This document shows positions 32,900 to 45,798 of a DNA stretch of 64,000 nucleotides, one piece after another (the first letter of the stretch is position 1; every line of letters begins with the position of its first letter). Below the pieces are notes generated by a model that saw only the letters and a program-made list of their open reading frames with translations, was not told the origin of the DNA and searched no databases. Origin of the DNA: Felis catus (Eukaryota); the NCBI RefSeq assembly GCF_018350175.1, contig NC_058383.1, positions 1,550,001-1,614,000 on the forward strand, written 5' to 3'. A program made the position numbers and the translations under genes.

Positions 32900-35300
32900 A
32901 GGGCAGAAAAAAATCCCTTTAGAAAAACATCCTGAAAGGTGATGAAAACCTTACCGAACGTGAAAGGTAAGTCAGGAAAATGACACCAGAGTGCACGGGA
33001 ACCCAAGTGCCCTAAAGCAGGAACAACACATCCTAAGATACGGCGGCCAGAGACAACCAGACACATGGCCAGAGGCGCAGGATGGGGTGACAGCGGACGC
33101 TCACTGGCGACCACGGAGGCCTGCAAAGTACAGAAGCAGCAACCAAACACAACCCCCAGCGCCCCCCACTCCCCGTGGAAACGTTCAGAAGGTGAGGCCG
33201 GCTCCAGACGCGCACGAGTGGAAATGGGCGCATGGAGAGCGGAGGGAAGCCCCGACTCTTGAAATCTCTTCACGTGACAGCAGCAGGCCGCGAGCCTCCT
33301 CGCGTGCACAAAGTGACATCCAAGGGGAGCTCGGAGCGGCGGGGTTCTCACGCCCCACGTCGCGAGAAGGCTGCGGGAAGAGGCACGCGAGTCCTTCAAC
33401 AGCCCTCAAAACAGCACGAGAAGAAGTACAGACAGTAAGTCAAAGAAGGAGACAGACCGACTTGTACAAAACATTCCCCCGACCCAGAGGAAGGCAGAGA
33501 AAGAGGCTCAAGGAACAAGACAGGCCGGAAACAACGGATTTTGGAGCGAAGACCGTCACTGGGGATGAGGGTTGCTTCAGAATGATAACAGGACTAATTT
33601 ATACATGAAATAAAAAAAAAATGACAGAAATACAAGAAGGCACAGACAAATCCAGCATTAGTCAGAGATTTCAACGCTTGTCTGTCTTTAATTGACAGAA
33701 GAGATAAAAAATCGGCGAGACTTTGATAGAAGGTAGGACACTTGACAACATTATCAAAGAACCTGACGTAACTGACGTTTATAGCACACGCTCCAGCAGA
33801 ATACACGGTATTTTTAAGTACGTTTGCTACACAGACAACATTCTGGACCTTACAACAAATTTCCACTAATTTTAAAGGATTAACGTCATGCGAAGTATGT
33901 TCTCCGACCACAATGAAATTCAGTCAAAACCTAGTAACGGAAAGGTATCTGGAGATTGTCAGAATACTTGGGAACTTGGTAACCTACTTCTAAGTAACCC
34001 CTGGGTCAAAGAAGAAACCAAGAGGGAAATTACTAAGTCATTTCAACTGAATGAAGATAAAACAAAATCATCCGAATTTGTGGAGAGACTGAGGCAGACC
34101 TTGGGGAAGTTTTTAGCGCTAAATGTCTATGCGAGAAAAGAAGAAAGGGCTCCCATCAGTGACTTCAACTTGCACCTCAAAAAGCTGAAATAAAAAGGGC
34201 AAATGAGACCCAATGTACGCAGAAGAAAGGAAACAAAGATCAAAGCGGAAATCAATGAACCAGAAAGCAGAAAAGCAAGAGAAAAAAATACAACCCGCAG
34301 TGGTCCGCGAAGATTAACAAGGCTGACGCACTTGGGCCAGACTGCTTAGGAATGAAGGGCGGGAGACGACTGATGGGGTCGTGGGGGACGGGGGTGACAG
34401 CACGGGTCCCACAGATGTCAGAAACACAAGGAGGGAGCACTACCGGCCTCACGTCGGTGAGTCCGACAACTTAGATGCAGCGGACCAACTCTGAAAGACA
34501 GAACTCGCCGAGCTCACCGCAGAGGAGGGCTAAACCCGCTAAGCCCTGCGTCCGCTACGGAAAACCTCTCACGGAATCTCCCGGGCTGGTGGCGCTCCCC
34601 GGGTCCCACGCAACACGCAACACCGGAGGAAGCGATACCAGCCCGACATCAAGTCTAAGACACCCGATGAGGACGAGCATGCCCCAAGCCCACGGCGAGC
34701 CCAGCACTGCCGATACGTCAAGAAGAAGGGCCAAGTGATTCTCAGAACAGGAGGGAACTTCCTCAGCCTGACCGATGGCACCTGCGAATAACCCACATTC
34801 ACGCCACAGTCGACGGCCCGAGAGCGAGCGCCTCCCCGCCCGCCGCAAGCAGAGGCTCGCCAGCTGGCTCAGCATCGCTCTGGAGGCTGTGTGGACCCGT
34901 GCAGGTGCAACGTCACGGTCCAGGTAGAAAATCCAATCACTACAAAGATACCAGGAACGACACATGAGGTTAGCGAGGGTGCAAAAGAAAAGATCAACAT
35001 TCAAACACGAACTGCTCTTCTACAGTAGCAACAAGGAGAGATTAGAAGCGGAAAAGCAATCCCCTTGACAACAGCATCAAAACACCAAACGCTTCGGGAC
35101 GCACCCGAGAAAAGGAAGCGACGGTGCGGAGAGACACTCTTGTCGACCCCGTGTTGCTACGATGGCCATTCTCCCCTCGATGACCTGGGAGGCTCACGCA
35201 CCCCTGACCAAAACCCGAGCGGACGTGTGCTGTGCACGCACACAGGGGCCTCAAACACGGGAATGCAAACACCCGGGAATACCGCCAGCGGCTCCGAGTG
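32900..35300 (+). mobile_element. Ancient LINE-1 (end of ORF1 through ORF2 endonuclease and downstream)
   Basis: ORF 33888-34193 gives SMFSDHNEIQ...QNTWELGNLLLSNPWVKEETKREI...GKFLALNVYARKEER...LHLKKLK, the L1 ORF2 endonuclease SDH motif and following region. Many stops and frameshifts. Confidence 0.88.
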
Positions 35301-38300
35301 AGGAGGCGGGGGCGGCTCCACAGACGCCCTCCCTGCTCCCAGCCGCCTCCACAGGGACTTCCTGGCTCCCCTGTAGCCCCCCATGGCCTTGGGAGAAAGC
35401 GCTACACGGTCTTCTCACCGGGCCCTACAGCACAGTAAGCCAGCGGCTGCGGGTACGGATACCGAGGGTCCGCAAACGCTTGGTCCTGTGCCATCGACAG
35501 AGCGACCTGGCTGAGAGACAGGGATTCTCTCCCGCCGGGCCCAGGCCGCCTCCTTTGGCCACCACCGCGGACACCGCCTCCCGGCCCCACCCTGGGCCAG
35601 CGGCACAGAGACACAAGTGCCGGGCCCGGCCGTACGGAGAGGCCGGTCCCGAGGACCCCGAGACCAGATGGGGGAGCCACTTGGCTGGGGGGGCAGCCCG
35701 CACTTCACAGGTGGCTGGCATAGCCCGGCTGGTGGCCTGGGTGCCTCGGCCGTGGTCACACGCCATGCAGCAGGCACATCGTGCTAGCCCTGGGTTAAAG
35801 ACATCCCCGTGACGGACGGGACTCCCGGAAAGTTGTGTCTCCACAGTCACGATGGCGTAAGAGCAGCCAGACGCGCTGTGCGCTGGGCCTCACCGCTCAC
35901 CCGGCTGGCGCGTGGCTGCCACGGGCCCTGAGCGACGAGGACGGAAGTGGTCACCGCCCGGTCGCCATGGGATCGGGACCTGCCGCCCGGCCCTCGCCCT
36001 CCTGCGGCTGCGAGGGTCGCGCCTTAAAGCAGCCTCCATCCTGGCAGCAGAGTCCCCTCCTCTGTCTGCGCCGAGAGAAGCGCACAGGGTGGCTCTGCTG
36101 GGGCCCCCCCGCTCCCGCCAGGTGCCTCTCTTCCGCGGGGGTCCCGGGCAGGGAGGCGGTTGGGAGGCTCGGAGGGGCCGGGCGACCCGAAGCCGGGGCA
36201 CACGCGGTCCAGGTAACTTAGACCGCCCCCCTCCCCTGGCACGAGGGGCCGCGGCTGCCGCGCAGGGTCCCGCTGGGGGACGAGGCCCCATCTCTCGGGC
36301 CTGTGACTGCCCCTGACTCGGCCAGGCCAGGAACCACGGGCGCTCCTGGCTGAGGCCTCGGGGAGCCGGGCCCCACAATGTCCCAGGGTCCCCAGCCCTC
36401 ACGTTTCTGCCACCACCTCTGCGCTGACGACCCCGCTCAGCCCTCTGGCGTTGGTATCATCTGCAAACGGCCTTGTTTTTCATCTTTGGCAAGGCTGAAA
36501 ATCTGATCATGAAAGGAAATTTTCTTTTTTCTTTTTTAATTAGTACCCGGTAATATCACCAAGCTGTGAGTTTATGGCTTTGTAGATCTTGTGTTTTTGA
36601 CACTAATTACTCACAAAGGCTTTTTAAGCCGCATCTCAACTCTGCAACTGCCACGCTGGTAATTACACAAGAGAGGGAGTCCCAACAGATTCCACAGGTC
36701 ACACCCGGCCCCTCCGACCCCTGCTCCGGGCTTGTGGCGGGCCGCCACCCCCCTGGGCCCTGGGGCAACCCGGCCGTTCCCAAGGCTCCGGCCCAGGGGC
36801 CCCAAGGCCACGTCTCCGGGACTGCAGTCCCCGCCAGTCCCGGCAAGGGGCTCGGGGCTCAGGCTCTGCTCCGCCCTGAGGAGCCCGTCACAGTCCCCGG
36901 CGGCGGCTGGAAAGGACCCGGGGCAGGAGTCCTGGGACCCCGCGGTGGGGGGTGCCTGCTCCACGGTGATGGTCTCCTGGAGCCTCCTAGGAGGGCCCGG
37001 CCCGGCTGAGGACAGACTGCCCGCCTCCTCGGCCCTCCTTTCCCGCCCGGGGCCCTGAGCCAGCACCGACCACGTGCCCCTGTCCTCCCTGGCCTGGGCT
37101 CCTGCCCCCCTCCTGCCCCTGCCCAGGCCACCGGGGTATGGCGAGGCCGCGTGCACCTCCGCCCGCCTGTGGCTCAACGGGAAAGCCCGCCGGGGAGAGG
37201 CTGCTGGCCTGAACCCTGAGCCGAGGTGAAGCCCCAGCACGCCCACCAGGCAGGCCCGCGGCCCAGGCTTCCCGTCCTCACCCTTGGGAGCACACACCAA
37301 GCCCCGGAACCTCGCCGGCAGGCAGGGTGGCCGGAAAAGCAGGAGCAGGTCACCCTCCGCCGGGACCCTTTGCCTCGCTGTGAACCCTGCGGGATGGCGT
37401 GTCCTTCCCTCCTCCTTCTTGGAGAACCCGAAGGCTCTCGGATGGGCGATACATCGACTGAGCAGAACAGGAACCTCCCTCTTGCTCCCGAGCCCCGGGC
37501 TGAGCCTGCTGCGCGGCGGGCTGCACCCGGAAGGCTCCCCGGGGGCCGCGGCCCGATGAGCGCGCAGACCTTTCGGGCCGCCCAGCTGACTGCGCTGGGC
37601 CGACCTGAGATACGATCGGTTAGTCACGGTTCGACGTTCTTTATTGCAATCCCCTCTTAAGATGCAGTTAAAACATCTCATTGCCGAAGCGCCTGGCTCC
37701 TACCGGGCCTTTTCCGCCTCAGGCGAAGGCGTCAAGGTCAAAGCCGGGGATGCCGGTTCAGGCACCCCTCTCGTTTCAAAGGGGCAGGTCCGGCGAGGAC
37801 CGGTCTCCGAGGACACCCTGCTTTTGCAAGAGCCGTCCCGCGGGCGCTCCTCCCCCGGGACAGGCTGGTGAGAACCTCTCTTCTGCCCCACGCTTCGTGC
37901 CGCCGTGGCGACAGGACAGCCCGGAAGTCTGGTCCCTGCAAACACACGTGCCCGCCTGACAGGAAGGAGGCTCTGAGGGGGTGAGCCGAAGCCACCGCGG
38001 GGACATTCACGTGAATCGGCACAATCTCACCACGGGTGAAAAGACAGCGAGGCAAGGAACTAGCGATGCTGGATGCGCCTGGGCTGGCGTCCCCGTGCCT
38101 CACCCCTGCTGGCCCCACTCGGGGCACATCCTGTCACGGGGCCGCGTGCATCCCGCCGACGAGGGTTGGGCCGTCACAAACTCCGGGACGCAGTGACGGT
38201 GCGCGCTCCTGCGGGACCCTCTGTGACCTGTAGGGTGACCCCGTGACAGGGCAGGCCTGAGCCCGAGGGACGATGGGAGGGACGATGGGCGGGAACCCAG

Positions 38301-41300
38301 CAGGAGACGGGTGGACGCCCCATAGGCAGATCCCGAAGAGGGCGGGTGGGCGTGGCGGGGGACACAGGGCCTGTGGCGGGGTGGGGGCTGCCACACCTGG
38401 GACCTTCTCCTTACGCGGGGGACCGACACCTCCCCTCACATCTGCCTCTGCCCCGAGGCGGAGAGAGGGGCTGCGATGACACAGGAGCCCTGGGCTGCCC
38501 CAGGGTGACCTGACAAGACTCGGCATGTGCTGGACACTGTGCAGAGGGTCCCAATGTCTGACCCGTCTTCCCTTTCCACCTGGGGGGGGGGGGGCGTGTG
38601 CACCAGAGGTGAGAGGCTGGGAGCTCACCCAGAACCGCCTCCCCGGGCTGCACCCCACCACTGTGAGCCGGGGCGGCATGACCATCCCCGTGCTGCCGTC
38701 ACGATGCACGGCCTGACGGCCAGGGTCACTGTCCCCTCCATCGAGAGCCCGTGCGGCAGGATGATGGGGGAGGGGACCACGGTGACGCCCAGGGCTCGTC
38801 TCGCTCTCCCCGGGCACGGGCGCCGCCTGGTACCATTACGGGCACTGCCTGGGTGGGCCGACCGCAGGGCACGGGGGGCGCTGGAGCAGAGGTCTCCTGC
38901 TTCCCACGACCCCTCCTGGCAGACTGGCGGGCCACCGGGCAGTGCGCCGGCCTGGGGTTGGGAGCCCACTATTTATTCCCAGCCCGTGGGAGGCGGGGAC
39001 TCACGCTCCAAAGCACAGCTCGGTCCAGCACAGCCGTGCCTAGAATACTGACGCAGGGGCGGCCGCGGCTCTGACCTTGGTTGGTTAGCGGCTCTTCCGG
39101 CTCCTTCAGCGTCTGGCGGCCGGGAAGTCAGCAACCCAAAAACGACGGCCCGGAACCCCACTGAGGCCTGTCTCCCTCTGGTTCCAGAATGGAGTTCAAT
39201 GAGCAGCACGGCAGTCGTGGTCTCTCGCTCGCCTCTCTGAGCTCGAGTCCCTGGGTGTGCACCAGCCAGGCAGCGGGCCCGGGGTGACGGACCGCCTCGG
39301 GTCAGGCGCACAAAGCCACGCTGGCCACCCTGACTCCCTCCGCAGGGCCTGGGGGGACCACAGAGTAACGCGGACACGCTCAGCCTTGCCACCAAATGGG
39401 GGCGGAGGCCTCTCCCTGCAGCCAACCTCCACGGGAACCCATTCTAAGGCACCACCACCCAGGGCTGTCAGGACGGCTGAGTGGCGGCTGTGCCTCGGGA
39501 GCGGGGGACAGACAGGAGGGGACACGGCTGGCCTCCGGACCCTCCATCCGTGCTCCAGGGGGCACGTGCCACCCCACTGTTGCGCGGGCCCCCGCCTTCA
39601 GCTCCACAAGGGGCACAAAAGTCTGGGTGAAAGCCGGAGCACAGCCAGCGTGAGATGCAGTTTGCCCTTGTGGGGCAGCGTCTCACCGCCGGGGTGGGGG
39701 CCACCAAGGCCACCAAGGGAGCAAGCACCAAGACCCAAGGATGCCGACCAAACTAGAGTCATTTGCACCCAAGGCGTCCCCAAACCGAGGGGTGATTCGG
39801 GACCAACAAAGCATCCAGCCCATGGAGAGGACTCGGGACAGGACACAGCCACCTGGCTGGTGGGGTCACCAGGACCGAGGGCTCTCCCCTCCGCCCCCCT
39901 CCTCTTGGACAAAGAGCCGGCTGGAAGCACAGGGTCCCGGGCTCCCCCTGCCACGGTCTGGCCCTCAGGGAGGAGACGCCATGCCGTGTGGGCACCCGCG
40001 TTAGACACCTGAGCAGGCCCGCCCCTCGCTCTGCGGCCAAGGGCACGGCGCTCACACTGCTTCCCTCTCCCAGACCCCTGCCCTCGGACAATAAAAGCCA
40101 GAGGAAGGAAGTCCTTCGTTCTTCGGAAACAACGCTCGGACCGAAGCCATCTGTGGGTGCAGACCGTGTGACGCGTGTTCTCCGTCTCGTCAGCGCCTCG
40201 GCCGCACGGAGCTATTTGCTTCCAGACCCGCTTCACGGGGCTGGAATCACATCGTAGGGTTTTCTTCATCCTGCAGTAGAGTCCACGTCCTGCTGATAAC
40301 TCTGCATTTTCACTGACCACGTTCATTTGAAGAAGAAACTTGAAAACGTATCTGCAGCGATTTGCTCCTCGGCCCCAAGAACGGATACGAGCCATCTGCT
40401 CACATCCGGCAGGTATCTTCCTGTGATTTAATTTCGGAAATGATTCTCCAGCCTGTTCTGGGAAAGGCAAATCACCCCTCTCCTCGGGGGTGTCTGAAGA
40501 GCTCACATCTGTCCCCACCGAAGTCTGGCCTCTTCTGTTGAGCAAGCACCAAATCTCACATCCAAACGAGCTGGGGCCATGGGGCAGCGGGCCAGGTGTC
40601 CAGGGACGGGACGTGGCTCAGGAGGGTCTGGAAGGCCCAGCACCCCTGCCAACAGAGGGCGGGAAGGCGGTCACGGTCGCTGTCCTGAAGCAGTGGTGGT
40701 CCGGGCGGCTGCCCGTGCACGGGGCAGTCGGCCAGGCCCCCAGCGGCCAGGGCCCACGCTCCGACCCCCCAGGGCAGGAAGGCACTTCCCGGGCCAAGAA
40801 CCGTGTCTGTGATATCTGGGCCGGTCCTGCCTCTGCCCTGGGAGGCCCCCAAAGGTCCTGGTGGGGAAGGGACACGGGCCCGACGTGGGTGGACGTGGCT
40901 CTGGGGGCGTGCCACGAGGGCCGCCGAGGCCCCTCTCCCTGGATGCAGAGGGGGAGAGTGTGCTTACCAAGAGAGGGCTCACGCGGGCTGGGCCTCCCGG
41001 ACGAGCACCATCAGCCAGGCTCTCATTCCTGAAAACAGTGGTTAATGTTCCAGCCGAGCTGTGACATTAAGGGGATCTAACTTCCCGAACAAGCCGGCAC
41101 GCGCCGTTTCTCTGACTTCCGCCTGCCTTCGCCGGAACGCTGGCCACATGGCGGCAGGGCCCCAGATCCGCTGGGAGGGCCTCCCTCTCAGGGAGAGTCA
41201 CCCCTAGACCACAGCCCTCCGGGTTCCACGCTGCTGTCCCCGCTGCGGTGTTGGGGGCACGGCCGTCATGGCAGAGGCCAGACCTCAGGCCACCCAGAGG

Positions 41301-42614
41301 AGGCTGCCCTCGGAGCCTTTGTCCTGGCAGAAAGGTAGAGGGACACGGCCTCCCGTCCCCGAGTGACAACGGAATGGGCCGGCCCGGGGCAGATGCCCCA
41401 AGCGTTACAGGGCGAGCGCCCTGGAAACACCGGGCGCCCCACTCTGGGGCACCTGTGGACAGTGACCTCCCCCTCCTACTCCGACTCCCTGGGACCAGGA
41501 CGGGCCAGCACCGGACGGCCTCCACAGGCGCCCACCGCCCCGAGCAGGGCAGCCCACGGGCGGGGAGCCCAGGGGCTGGTGCCTACCTCGGGGATCTCAG
41601 ACGCCCAGGACGGGGAAGCGCCCGCTACGTGCCGTCACCGCCTCCCTGGCCGCCACCGCGCCAAATAACTCGTGCGAGGCCGTGTTTTCAAAGTGCTCTG
41701 GGATAAGATGGGTGGTTTGAAAGCTTGAAGGAAGCAGATCATTTCCCGGAAAGTCACAAATTACTGAACGCAGGGAGACCACCAAATGGAGCCGGACTAA
41801 AGGCTGGGCGGGCGCTGCGTGAGGAGAGGTGCCCCCGTGCTCCTCCGTAGACAGACGTTCCCGATGCTCCAGCGCGTCTGCACCCGGAAACAGAGGCAGA
41901 CACGTCCGGTGGGTGCAGCTGGGCCTTCTGGGGATGCTGCGGGGTGTCGGGAAGGGAGGCGGCCAGGCACGGACGGAGCGGGGCCCCGCGATGCCCAGAG
42001 GGCGGGGCTGGCACGTGCTCTGGAAAACCTCCACGGCCGGTCTCATCGTGTCTGGGCTGCGGGTGGGCGCCTCTCGTCCTGCGGCGAGACCCCGCGTCCG
42101 CTGGCCCGGGAGGTGCCCACCAGCCCGGAACCTCCGGCGGGGCAGGGGCCGAGGGCCGCGGCCCGGACTCTGGGGGCTCCCAGGGCACCTGTGGGGGCAG
42201 CACGGCGGGCCGCCCCGGCCCAGCCGGGAGCCGACATTTGAGAGCGGTCCGGGTGACGCTGTGTGATTTAAAAGTTAATTAAACCGAGTAAAGTGTAACA
42301 GCCCCAGGTGTTTATTTCCAAAGAGCATTTGGAAGGAAAAGGGGGAAATCTAATAAAAAAGCTCTGAGGTATCGCATTAGGAAATAATCACGTCTCTAAA
42401 TCACCCGTGTCTCCAGTGGCCTCCGGATGACTGGGCTCCAACTCCGCCCCCGCCATCACCCAGGTGACCCCTCTAGGCGCAGGCGGCCAGGCCTGCCCCA
42501 GCAGCACCCTCCAGAGGCGGCCAACCCCCCTGGCGGCCGTGCATGCAAACTGGTTCACCACCCCGCCCGCCCACCCGGCCCGCTGCCTGCTCACCTGCCC
42601 GTTCACACTGGCCC

Positions 42615-42880
42615 GTTCACTCACTCGTTCATTCGCTCACCCATCCATTCATTCGTTCACACAACCGCTCGTTCACGCGCTCGCACGTGTCCCCCCTGCA
42701 CCAGCGCCCCGAGTACTCGCCAGACCACAGCGGGAGGCGGAGGATGGCAAAGGACACGAGGACCTGCTGTGGCGGCGTGGGGCGGGACCAGTCAACAATG
42801 CACGCGGAGACCCAGCCCCTGGGAAGGCAGCATTTGGGCCGAGACCCCAAGGAAGAGTAGCCTAAGAGGGGCATGTGGGT
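42615..42880 (-). mobile_element. L2 3'-end relic
   Basis: Degenerate (CATT/CGTT)n tail followed by GC-shifted L2-like sequence. Confidence 0.4.
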
Positions 42881-44865
42881 GGGGGCTCCAGGCTCACGGG
42901 GGCCCTGAGATACAAGGGACCTCAGATGCCGTCTGGTCAAGACAGCCGCCTTCTGCTAAGGCTGGTGACCCCACTTCAGCAACGCCCTGACGGGGAGCTC
43001 AGCACCTCACATGGCCACCTTCATGTGTCACTGGACCGAAACCCGCCTCCCCGGGCATCCCGTCGGCCCACAGAACTGCACGGCAACAGTGGGAAGACGG
43101 GCTTCCTGAAGCTGAGCCCGGGGCCAACGCGGGGGTGCCGGGCAGTGGTGGGAAGCCTCGGGAACCCGCGGAAGGTGGGCAACACGCACACAGTATGGCT
43201 GGAATTCATCCATAAAACGCTCACCGAGGCCTCCTGTTCTGGGCACCTGGGAGGCTCCCTCGGGGCCTGGTCGGAAGGCACGGCGGGTCTTCACCCTCCT
43301 TCCCGAGCTGGGTACAAGTGAGGTCCCCTCCCGCCGCAGCCGGCGGGTCTCCATGGGGCTGTTATAGCGGCCTGGCTGGCGCCTTGGGGGGCGGCTCCCG
43401 AGAGCCCGGGAGCGGCAAGGGGAGAAGCCACGGGACAAGAGCTCGGTGCAGCTCGTGTTGAGTCGTGGAGCTGCGGGCAGCCTGAGGACCTGGGCCAGCC
43501 CCCACCACCCCCAGGGTGCGGACAGGGACACTGAGGCAGGGCGTGGGCTGGAATTCTGGCGCGGGCCTCCTGACTCCAGGCTCCGGCCGCACTGCGCTGG
43601 CTGGCACCCCAGGAGGGGCCGCGTCCCGCCCCACGGTAGTCCACGGCCCCAGCTCCGCTGTCACCGACTGCCCTCTGTGACGTCAGGCACCCAGCACGGG
43701 GCGGGGTCTGGGTACAGGGGCGGGAAGGAGTAGGGGTGGGCGTCGGGAAAGGAGGGGCGCCTGGTACTCACAGAGGGGGTCTTTGGGGTATAGGCGCCTG
43801 ACCTGGGGGAGCACTCAGGGGGCGGGTGCCCTGCCGGCCCGCACCTCCTCCCGCTTGGCACCTGCCGGGGCCAGGACGTGTCCTGGGGCCGCTGGAGCCG
43901 TTAATTACGACAGAGTAGACAACTGCGTTTTGAAAAATGCGTGTTTCTATGTGATTGCTTTTTTTAATTGGTTGGTTTAACATTTGAAATCTGACTTAAT
44001 TTCAACCTGATTTTCCTCACCATGGGGTCAGGCTCAGAGCCGGGAAGTCATTGCCAGAGCGCCCGTCACCAGCGGCAGGGATCCCGGAGCCGCGCGCTGG
44101 GTCCCTGGGCACCGCAGTCGGCGTGCTGGCACCAGGACGGTGGCGCCCTGCGTGAGAGGGGGCGGCCGCGGGGACGGGTCTCTGCAGATGCCAGGGTCCC
44201 GGGGTGGCGGGCAGCGGCACCCCGAGACCAGACCCACACGGCCTCCCCGCCCGCTCTGGAGCCGACCAGGCTCGGGTGCCGACCCGCCCCGTGTGAGGTG
44301 GCGTGCGAGGCTGGGGCAGCTGTGGGGACCTCAGGCGGGAGTGGACGGTAAGTGGCGCGGCTGGCCTGGCCCTGAGGGGGACGCGCTCCCCGCGGCTGGC
44401 AGCCCGGCCCCGTATCTTCTCCGGCAAGCGAGCCCTCTTGGGGCCTTTGTCCCTCCCCGACACACCAGGAACGGCGTCCGCCTCGGGGCCCTCTGGGAGG
44501 ACACGAGAAACGCACCCAGGAGCCGAGGAGCTCGGCCGGCCGGGCCTGTGCGCTCAACGGAGGCTCCACCGTGCTGCCGCCTCCCCGCACCCTGAGGCCA
44601 CCGGAAGGCCACCCGCCGTCCCCTCAGCTCCCGCTGCCCCTGACACAGGCCGATGCCACAGGGAGAAATGCCACGCCCCGCACCCTCCAGCCACGTGTTC
44701 CCCACACGCGTTCCACGCTCTCCTGTCTCGTGCCTTTGCGTGCGCTCGGTCCTCTGCCTGTGTGACCTGCTCCCAGTGAGGCCCTTCTCGTCCTCCAAGG
44801 GCCACCTCGAAGTCTGCTTCTCCTGTGAATGCTCCCAGAGCCTCCAGAGAGGATTAAGTGCTTCC

Positions 44866-45122
44866 TCATTCATTCATCCATACATTCATTCATTCGTTCA
44901 TTCATTCTTCACCCACACACCCACCATCTGCCTACCTGTCCACCCACCATATTTCTGTCCATCCATCCACCCACCTACCATCTGTCCATCTGTCCCCCCA
45001 CTCAACCATCCAATCACCACCTGTGTGTCCGTCCACCCATCCACCTGCCCACGATCTGCCTGTCTGTCCATCCGTCCACCCATCCATCTACCCACTCATC
45101 TACCCAACCCACCCACCCCTCC
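44866..45122. repeat. (CATT)n/(CCAT/CCAC)n low-complexity tract
   Basis: Degenerate tetranucleotide repeats at the L2 tail. Confidence 0.85.
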
Positions 45123-45480
45123 AACATTTACTGAATGCCTATCGTGTGGCAAGCGCTATTCTAGCTGCTAAAAACACAACTGGAAATAAATTAGACAAAA
45201 TCGCTGCTCTTATAGAGCTTACAGATTCTAAGTAAAAAAAACAACGTCAAAAAAAGGAAGCAGGGGAGGCCTCTAGAGAGGCAGTGGGTTTTCTTCCACA
45301 TAGATGGTCATACAAGGCCCATCCACAAGGTAACCCTTGAACAGAGCCCTGAATGAGGCGGAGAACGAGGCATATGGCTCTGAGGAGCCGCAGGAAGTGG
45401 GAGAGGTAGATGCCAAGGTCCTGAGGCAGCACATACTTGGTGCATCCAGGGGGAGCCCAGTGGCCAGTGACCCCTGACGG
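45122..45480 (-). mobile_element. L2 (L2a-like) 3' end
   Basis: caacatttactgaatgcctatcgtgtggcaagcgctattctag...gctcttatagagcttaca. Confidence 0.8.
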
Positions 45481-45580
45481 CAGCGTTGGGGGGACGTGTG
45501 GGAGGAGCGGAGGCTGGAGACACACATGAACTTGAGGAAGTTGCTGGGGTCAGTGCTACAAGCAGACCCATCTTCTGGAA

Positions 45581-45798
45581 CAGGGGTCAGCAAAACCACG
45601 GCTCTTGGGTCAAACCCACCATCTGTGTCTTGTAAATAAAGTTTTATTGGCACACAGCCACGGCCAGTCAGTTACATATCCATCTGTGGCTGCCTGTGCC
45701 TGACACGGGCACAGCAGACCATCGCGACAAGAGACTGGACGGCCTCTAAGGCCCACAACAGTCGCTGGCTGGTCCTGCACAAAGTTCGTGAACCCCAG
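45581..45798 (+). mobile_element. MER58A-like hAT-Charlie MITE
   Basis: Terminal caggggtcagcaaa ... aagttcgtgaacccc; internal ttgtaaataaagttttattggcacacagccac. Confidence 0.85.

Noticed and set aside
33888..34193. ORF with an endonuclease-like SDH motif as a possible domesticated gene
   Set aside because: Fragment of a decayed LINE-1 ORF2, surrounded by stops and frameshifts.
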